From Nostoc punctiforme PCC 73102 (GTDB lineage: Bacteria > Cyanobacteriota > Cyanobacteriia > Cyanobacteriales > Nostocaceae): DNA of 32,000 nucleotides. The stretch's first letter is position 1. Every line of letters starts with the position of its first letter. The notes under the pieces were generated by a model. The model was given only the letters and a program-made list of their open reading frames with translations, was not told the origin of the DNA and did no database searches. A program made the position numbers and the translations under genes. Location of the stretch: NCBI RefSeq assembly GCF_000020025.1, contig NC_010628.1, positions 2,940,001 to 2,972,000 on the forward strand, in the 5' to 3' direction. This document shows, piece by piece, positions 26,064 through 32,000 of this stretch.

Positions 26064-26783
26064 ATGTTAAGACTTTATCATTTATTACTAGGTTCTATTT
26101 TGCTGGTGTCAATACCAGTGGGAGCAAAATTTGTTCTTCCCCAATTTTCTCCACCTAAAGAGGTAAAGTCCTCTGCTGTTGTAAAACTTCCCAACTCTAA
26201 TGAGGGTAATATCTGGCAGAAAATCCTGGGAAATACTGCTGCTCCAACTAACTGGCAAGTTGCCGCTTGTGAGGGAAATGCACCCCTTTTGTGTGTCTCT
26301 TCCAAAGGCAAACGTTTGGGTACAGTTGAGATTAACATTTACCAACTAACAAACAATGAGGATTTCCGAAAAAAACTCTTAGCAGCCGGTATTACAAGTG
26401 GTTCCCAAGTGGACTACCAAAGTTCCCAATACCAAACCCAGGTATTACCAGTACTCAAGGCTTGGGTTGCAGACCACTACGCTGCATTTGCGAAAGACCG
26501 TCAGAGTGAATATGGAAAAGAGATTACTTTCTCAGCCTACCCACCCCAACCAGTACCGATTGGTAAGCTTCAGGGAATCCGCTATGGGTTTGCCGGACTC
26601 AAGGAACAAGGTGGAGTAAAAGAGCAACATATCGGTCATGTTGCCTTTGATGGCAGTAAACTTTACGTAATTACCACTGCATTCGATCCAGGTACGCAGA
26701 CAGGTAAGTTTGAGCAACTGGAAAATTTAGCTATTTTTCAACCTTACTTATATGCGATCGCATCCGATCTGCGTTTACCCTAA
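26064..26783 (+). CDS. hypothetical exported protein
   Basis: 239-aa ORF with an N-terminal hydrophobic signal-like segment (LLLGSILLVSIPVGA). I recognise no motif. Coding status is supported only by length and composition. Confidence 0.55.
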   Translation: MLRLYHLLLGSILLVSIPVGAKFVLPQFSPPKEVKSSAVVKLPNSNEGNIWQKILGNTAAPTNWQVAACEGNAPLLCVSSKGKRLGTVEINIYQLTNNEDFRKKLLAAGITSGSQVDYQSSQYQTQVLPVLKAWVADHYAAFAKDRQSEYGKEITFSAYPPQPVPIGKLQGIRYGFAGLKEQGGVKEQHIGHVAFDGSKLYVITTAFDPGTQTGKFEQLENLAIFQPYLYAIASDLRLP

Positions 26784-26790
26784 TGGTCAT

Positions 26791-26925
26791 GGGGTATGGG
26801 GCAGGGGGAAGGCGGAAGGGGGCATGAACAAGAGACAAGGAAGAGGGGGGAGACTTGTTCAATAATTCTCCCTTTTCCCCTTGTCCCCCTGCCTCCCTGC
26901 TCCCCTGCCCATTCTCCAGTCCCCA
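26791..26925. repeat. long imperfect G-rich / C-rich palindrome filling the convergent spacer
   Basis: Left arm ggggtatggggcagggggaaggcggaaggggg; right arm ccccttgtccccctgcctccctgctcccctgccc...ccccatc, which is roughly its reverse complement. Confidence 0.6.
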
Positions 26926-26930
26926 TCAAT

Positions 26931-27818
26931 CTAAATCTCAGCCACCGCCCGTTCAATCAAGCGACGTGCTAAAGTTTGCGTGCCAGTGTGTTCATAATAA
27001 TTAGTAGATACATCCAAGAATGCAGCCAGGTAGTCTAACTTATCATCTGCAATATCGACAAAACTATGTAAGTTGCTAACTACCTTGTGTGGCGTTAAAT
27101 TATTCGCACTGACAATACCATTCATCCAACCTTTAACTGAGTCAAAGCTTTCGCCGATAAAGTTGAGTTTACTACCAGCATTATTTCCTGGAATCACATC
27201 TTTGATATTTTGGAAAGTCGAGTTCTGTTCTAACTCATTGGGGCTTGTTTGATTAATCCCAGATATGGCTTTGCTGATAAAGTCTGGGCCTAGAGGTATT
27301 AAACCATCAACACAAACTAATGCCACCATCCGAATGAGTGACTCACCACTATACTCACCTAAAGAAGCGACAAAATCGCCAATGCTGTCTCCAGGAATGC
27401 CATTAATTTGACAGAAAGCTACCAACTCAGCCACTAACTTTAATGTCAGATCGATGGTTTGGGCTTTGTCTGGTTTGGGAGTGACAGAGTTTAAAAAACC
27501 CAATAAAGGAATTTTCTCGCCAACTTTGTTTGCTAAAGCGGCTGCACCAAGGGCTTTATCTGTACCATCAACGGTTTGATATAACCACAAAGCTGTTTGG
27601 TATCCTTGGGATTTGTCATTGAATAGATAAATCGCTCTTTCACCAATTTGTTGAATTAAATCTTCGTCATCTTCGCCAGTGACGGTTTTAATGGTGTTGA
27701 CAAAGCCGACGGTATTTTGCCACTCTCCAGGAGCAACAAAATCGAGGGACTTCAACATAGAAATAGTTAAGCCGCCGGTTGGCAATTGATCGACTAAATC
27801 AACAATCGATTTGCTCAC
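26931..27818 (-). CDS. hypothetical protein (295 aa, no TM segment or recognisable motif)
   Basis: Long ORF with ordinary composition, 49 nt downstream of and co-directional with the putative lipoprotein gene. Confidence 0.6.
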   Translation of the reverse strand: MSKSIVDLVDQLPTGGLTISMLKSLDFVAPGEWQNTVGFVNTIKTVTGEDDEDLIQQIGERAIYLFNDKSQGYQTALWLYQTVDGTDKALGAAALANKVGEKIPLLGFLNSVTPKPDKAQTIDLTLKLVAELVAFCQINGIPGDSIGDFVASLGEYSGESLIRMVALVCVDGLIPLGPDFISKAISGINQTSPNELEQNSTFQNIKDVIPGNNAGSKLNFIGESFDSVKGWMNGIVSANNLTPHKVVSNLHSFVDIADDKLDYLAAFLDVSTNYYEHTGTQTLARRLIERAVAEI

Positions 27819-27867
27819 AAAAATCTCCTTACTTAGGTTTTGTTATCTTTCATGTCGGCAATCCGGC

Positions 27868-28377
27868 TTATTTCAGGTTAGCCAGACCATTAAGATTAAA
27901 CTTTTCTAGCCAATCTGCGCGATCGCTAGCTGTAAATGACGAATCGCGGGAAAGTGCTTTTACTTGGTACTTACCTACCAAAATTGCAGTTTGCGTCTTA
28001 CCAACTTCTACTGCCGGATAACCACCAATTTTCTTGGTGCTCTTTGAGAACTTTGCTGCTGTACTAGGTGTACTGGTAGTATCAGAAATAGACAGCAATG
28101 CTACATCTTTACCACCTTTTTTCAACTTCGCCTCTGCAAAGCCTTTTTTCTCTTGGGTAAAGACACGTTGGTAGCCATCACCTGCACTAGGGAAAAGTTT
28201 ATTAAACTCACTACCCTGAGTTGCGTTCTTAGCCACGGCTTGACCGCGTTTTTGTTGAGTGCTTTCTTTTTGCGCCTGGTCAAAACGTCCAGGTGTTTTT
28301 GGGCTACAGGCTGTTGTCAGTAGTACCACTGACAGCAATAAAGCAGCTACCACCCTACGCCCACGATGTAAAATCAT
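27868..28377 (-). CDS. hypothetical lipoprotein-like protein
   Basis: I prefer the ATG at 28377 (MILHRGRRVVAALLLSVVLLTTAC-SPKT). This gives a basic n-region, a hydrophobic core and a relaxed lipobox ending in Cys. The mature part is Lys/Thr/Ser-rich. Confidence 0.55.
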   Translation of the reverse strand: MILHRGRRVVAALLLSVVLLTTACSPKTPGRFDQAQKESTQQKRGQAVAKNATQGSEFNKLFPSAGDGYQRVFTQEKKGFAEAKLKKGGKDVALLSISDTTSTPSTAAKFSKSTKKIGGYPAVEVGKTQTAILVGKYQVKALSRDSSFTASDRADWLEKFNLNGLANLK

Positions 28378-28531
28378 TCTTGGCTTCTCCCTATACTTGA
28401 ACTTTGAGGCAATTATCTGCGCTGCTAGCAATTATTACTCGTAAAATTTACTTTTTGATAATTATTGCTTAAGTGCTTAACATACCAATAAACTCAACGC
28501 AAAAATGCCCCCCTTTCAGGCTACTAGTTTG

Positions 28532-28594
28532 CCAAGTGAACTTGGCGGGGTAAAGGGAAAGGGGGAAAGGGTTTAAATCCCTTACCCTTTCCCC
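28532..28594. repeat. G/A-rich / C/T-rich hairpin repeat, same core as the MITE interior
   Basis: ccaag-tgaa-cttgg, then ggggtaaagggaaagggggaaaggg tttaaat cccttaccctttcccc. Confidence 0.6.
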
Positions 28595-28639
28595 AGCCCT
28601 CACCCAGCATTTCTGGGTTGGCAGACTACTACGGTGTAC

Positions 28640-28915
28640 ATACATCTCTATACGAGATACACAACAACGTTAGATCCTCCTAAATCCCTCTTTTTAAGGA
28701 AGACTTTGACTCCTATTCCCCGCTTTTTAAAGGGAGTTAGGGGGGATCTAAAAGCTGTGGAACAATTTTAAAAGACTTGTGGATACACCGTATCTTTTTG
28801 GAAGAGACTAGTGCCAAGCGGATTTCCCCCATGAGCAAGTGGCGTGGATTTGGCGTGGATTTAGGAGGATCTAAATGCAGTGGGATAACTCTTTTAGAGT
28901 TGTGTATAGACTTTA
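28640..28915. repeat. cluster of three ~50-bp dispersed-repeat units (one inverted, two direct) plus an 11-bp tandem duplication
   Basis: Perfect 17-bp inverted repeat tagatcctcctaaatcc (28671..28687) / ggatttaggaggatcta (28857..28873). Units gatctaaaagctgtggaacaattttaaaagacttgtggataca (~28745..28790) and gatctaaatgcagtgggataactcttttagagttgtgtataga (~28868..28915). ggcgtggattt occurs twice in tandem at 28841..28862. Confidence 0.7.
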
Positions 28916-28964
28916 GCCCTTTTAGGAGAGTGTTTTTGATTTATAGATAAGCATTCAGGTTTGA

Positions 28965-29324
<360 letters not shown>

Positions 29325-29496
29325 CTAATCATCTGCTAGAGATTTTAAAGGTTTACTGTAGTTTCTAGATCATCTACACAACAAAATACTCTTTTCTGCG
29401 ATCGAGTCTTCCATACATAAAATTAGTGTGAATATTAAGGGTGCGATCGCTCTTAGCAAAGCATTAAATACATAGACGCTGCATCGGCTTTTCACC

Positions 29497-29553
29497 AGAC
29501 ATCGCCTCTAAAATAGTCATGAATATCGCAATTTTGGCAGAGATAACCCCTAC
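29497..29553 (+). repeat. left copy of a ~57-nt direct repeat bracketing gene 29635..30105
   Basis: agacatcgcctctaaaatagtcATGaatatcgcaattttggcagagataacccc, compared with 30206..30261. My hand alignment gives about 43 of 57 matches with one gap. Confidence 0.5.
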
Positions 29554-29634
29554 GCTGGAGCGATCGCTTAAACTGGTAGTCGAAGTGGATAGCACCAATT
29601 GGCGATTCTTGGGATAATGTAGCGTATTTGCACT

Positions 29635-30105
29635 ATGGTTAATATTTTCACAATAGCTTTATTATCTACTTTTGTATTTGTTGGCACGAATAATTTCTTA
29701 CTAGTGCAGATTGTCACAGCCCAACCAGTAAAGCAAGTCAATCAAGCAAGACCAATAAACTCAGCAGTAAAAATATACCCTGCCAATAATAACCTACCAG
29801 CAAGTCGCTTGATTACAATTGAAAGTGCGATCAAAAAGTCTAGTAATATGCGAATAACCGAGGCAAAACTTATAACCTACCAGGAGTTCACAGCCCAAAC
29901 AGGAGCCTATACATCAGCCATTTCTAGCAACCGAATGGTGTGGATTGTAACTGGTTTTGTACTAGGTGAATTGAGAATGTCTAAAGGCAGAAGTATCTGC
30001 ACTAATAACGCAAAACTGGTGGAATTAATCGATGCAGAAACTGGCGATACTTTTGGTAGAAGTATTTATTGTCTCCCAAGCAACCAGATAAATTTTTTGC
30101 CCTGA
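29635..30105 (+). CDS. hypothetical exported protein (AT-rich gene)
   Basis: 156-aa ORF with an N-terminal hydrophobic segment (IFTIALLSTFVFVG). No recognisable motif. Codon composition is Asn/Ile/Lys-rich. Confidence 0.5.
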   Translation: MVNIFTIALLSTFVFVGTNNFLLVQIVTAQPVKQVNQARPINSAVKIYPANNNLPASRLITIESAIKKSSNMRITEAKLITYQEFTAQTGAYTSAISSNRMVWIVTGFVLGELRMSKGRSICTNNAKLVELIDAETGDTFGRSIYCLPSNQINFLP

Positions 30106-30205
30106 TGCCAAATACCCTAAACTAAGCAATTAACTCGCCGATGTTAGTCCAGTATCCACCTTTGCTCAGATGAAATTTTGCCTCGTTAAGCGTTAAGTAG
30201 GGAAA

Positions 30206-30261
30206 AGACATCACCTTTACAAGAGTATGAATATAGCAATTTGGGCGGTGAAAAGCCGTAA
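30206..30261 (+). repeat. right copy of the ~57-nt direct repeat
   Basis: agacatcacctttacaagagtATGaatatagcaatttgggcggtgaaaagcc. It opens a 55-codon ORF (30227..30394) whose 3' end runs into the next hairpin repeat. Confidence 0.5.
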
Positions 30262-30332
30262 TTACACTGAGGCTACCGCATCAGTACTTTCTATCTTCGC
30301 CATTCGTAAATCCATCAGCGCCCTTTTTTATC

Positions 30333-30423
30333 AGGACTTACGCAAAATCATGAAAAAACGAACCACAGAGGGCGCAGAGGACACGGAGAAATAAGAGTTT
30401 CAGAGAGTTATTGCGTAAGTCCT
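30333..30423. repeat. hairpin-type dispersed repeat with 13-bp perfect terminal inverted repeats
   Basis: aggacttacgcaa (30333..30345) / ttgcgtaagtcct (30411..30423). The interior cgcagaggacacggagaa is related, in inverse orientation, to ctgcgtctctgcgtgag at ~19675..19691. Confidence 0.65.
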
Positions 30424-30679
30424 ATTTATAACTGATGCAGATCAAAAATGCTAAGGGTGCGAAAGCTTTAATTCCAAAATGTTCGCATACGAGATTAATT
30501 TTTCCCAATACCGGAAGCTACACTTGATCTTCATTCGCCAGATAACTTATATATTTTGTAAATTGGACAGGATGCTTAACCTACAATATATAGTGCTATA
30601 TATTTGTAGTTAAAAATTTTAATAAACCACGAAGGCTTAAAAATCACAAAGCCGGACTTTTGCAAAACAACCGCATTTG

Positions 30680-32000
30680 ATGAGTAAATCAATTGTTTCA
30701 ACAAAACGGCTCAGTAGCCAGTTAATGAACTGGTTGCTTGAAGAAGACCGACGAGAGAAGAAAGGGCCTTACCGCAAGGAAGAAGCACATCGCCAGCATT
30801 CTTGGTGGCAGGTAATGTGTTTGACTGGTGTCGATTATTTCTCCACCCTTGGCTATCAACCTGGGATTGCAGCACTCGCAGCTGGCGCTCTTTCTCCTAT
30901 CGCTACCCTGATTCTAGTTTTGCTGACGCTCTTTGGAGCATTGCCAATCTATCGGCGAATTGCTGCCGAAAGCCCTCATGGTGAAGGGTCGATCGCAATG
31001 TTAGAGCGTTTGCTCCCTTGGTGGCAAGGCAAATTACTTGTGCTATGCTTACTCGGCTTTGTGGCAACCGACTTTATTATTACCATTACGCTGTCGGCTG
31101 CTGATGCTACAGCCCATATCATCGAAAATCCCCTTACTCCACATTGGTTTCACGAGCAGACGATCGCAATAACCCTAATATTAGTTGCATTACTAGGCGC
31201 AGTTTTCTTGAGAGGTTTCCGAGAAGCGATTGGGATTGCAGTAGTCTTGGTAGCAACTTATCTGCTGTTAAACTTCATTGTCGTTAGCGTCGGTGTATTT
31301 CAAATTTTAACTCACCCAGGAGCGATCGCTAACTGGCAGACTGCACTTTTTGCCCGCCATTCCAATCCTTTTATCTTAATCGGTATATCTCTTTTGATAT
31401 TTCCCAAGCTAGCACTGGGATTATCAGGCTTTGAGACTGGCGTAACCGTGATGCCCCTTGTTAAAGGTAACAGCAGTGACACTCGCCAATATTCCAAAGG
31501 GCGGATTAGGAATACACGCAAGCTGCTCACCAGTGCTGCTCTGATTATGAGCTTCTTTTTGCTCACCACTAGTTTTATAACCACTCTACTGATTCCAGTG
31601 GCAGAATTTGCATCTGGGGGCAAAGCTAACGGACGCGCCCTTGCTTATTTAGCACATTTGCATCTAGGCAACGCCTTTGGCACAATTTACGATCTAAGTA
31701 CTATTTCCATTTTGTGGTTTGCAGGTGCATCTGCAATGGCGGGGCTGCTGAATATTGTGCCTCGCTACCTACCACGCTATGGTATGGCTCCTAATTGGGC
31801 ACGAGTAACGCGACCTTTGGTGTTAGTCTACACTGCGATCGCATTTGTTGTCACAATTATCTTTAGGGCAAATGTGGAAGCCCAAGGTGGGGCTTATGCA
31901 ACTGGTGTGCTTGTATTAATCACTTCAGCAGCCTTTGCTGTTACCTTATCAGCCCACCGTCACAGAGAGAAGCGGGCAAGACTGATTTTTGCTACTATTA
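30680..32000 (+). CDS. polytopic membrane permease (APC-superfamily-like amino acid/other transporter), 3' end beyond the window
   Basis: Not in the ORF track because it has no stop inside the window. I translated the frame by hand from the ATG at 30680 and found no stop through 32000 (440 codons): [12 protein letters not shown]...[73 protein letters not shown]... It contains many hydrophobic helices. The family assignment is from memory only. Confidence 0.7.
   Translation, partial: MSKSIVSTKRLSSQLMNWLLEEDRREKKGPYRKEEAHRQHSWWQVMCLTGVDYFSTLGYQPGIAALAAGALSPIATLILVLLTLFGALPIYRRIAAESPHGEGSIAMLERLLPWWQGKLLVLCLLGFVATDFIITITLSAADATAHIIENPLTPHWFHEQTIAITLILVALLGAVFLRGFREAIGIAVVLVATYLLLNFIVVSVGVFQILTHPGAIANWQTALFARHSNPFILIGISLLIFPKLALGLSGFETGVTVMPLVKGNSSDTRQYSKGRIRNTRKLLTSAALIMSFFLLTTSFITTLLIPVAEFASGGKANGRALAYLAHLHLGNAFGTIYDLSTISILWFAGASAMAGLLNIVPRYLPRYGMAPNWARVTRPLVLVYTAIAFVVTIIFRANVEAQGGAYATGVLVLITSAAFAVTLSAHRHREKRARLIFATI

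Noticed and set aside
30802-31623. ORFs 30802..30984 (+) and 31312..31623 (-)
   Set aside because: Both lie in alternative frames inside the long open-ended permease frame starting at 30680, and they have low-complexity, unnatural sequences.

Overview
This window looks like a chromosomal segment from a filamentous, Nostoc/Anabaena-type cyanobacterium. I counted about 25 HIP1 octamers (GCGATCGC) by eye, and Nostoc-style hairpin and MITE-like repeats fill most intergenic spacers. I support about 25 protein-coding genes, 2 of them pseudogenes. I found no rRNA, tRNA or CRISPR array. Ordinary genes: prs (5'-truncated by the window edge), a CHASE3-HAMP-GAF hybrid histidine kinase with three receiver domains, a YflT-like/GlsB-like stress pair, rsmI, a pfkB kinase, a CysQ-like phosphatase, an RRM RNA-binding protein, an Mrp/ApbC ATPase, a HIT protein, and a 3'-open permease gene that the ORF track does not list. 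The most unusual content is sulfur- and redox-themed. (1) An APS-reductase-like flavoprotein (AprA-like, 15178..16887) and a minimal AprB-like 2x[4Fe-4S] ferredoxin (11947..12174) lie in one co-directional gene string with Mrp and a HEAT-repeat protein. They are separated by a roughly 3-kb low-GC, HIP1-free block (GNAT, SAM-methyltransferase, two HAD hydrolases). One of those HAD genes carries a single in-frame TAG that I verified codon by codon. (2) A formylglycine-generating enzyme, a Cys-type arylsulfatase and a BASS-family transporter form a plus-strand cluster. (3) One protein fuses a FAD/NAD(P)-binding domain to an ETHE1-type persulfide dioxygenase. Other points: a 119-bp MITE-like element with a 9-bp target-site duplication, a small ORF broken by a 4-bp tandem duplication, a hairpin covering the rbp ribosome-binding site, and ~57-nt direct repeats bracketing an AT-rich gene. 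All functional calls rest on motifs I recognise by eye and from memory. No database search was run.
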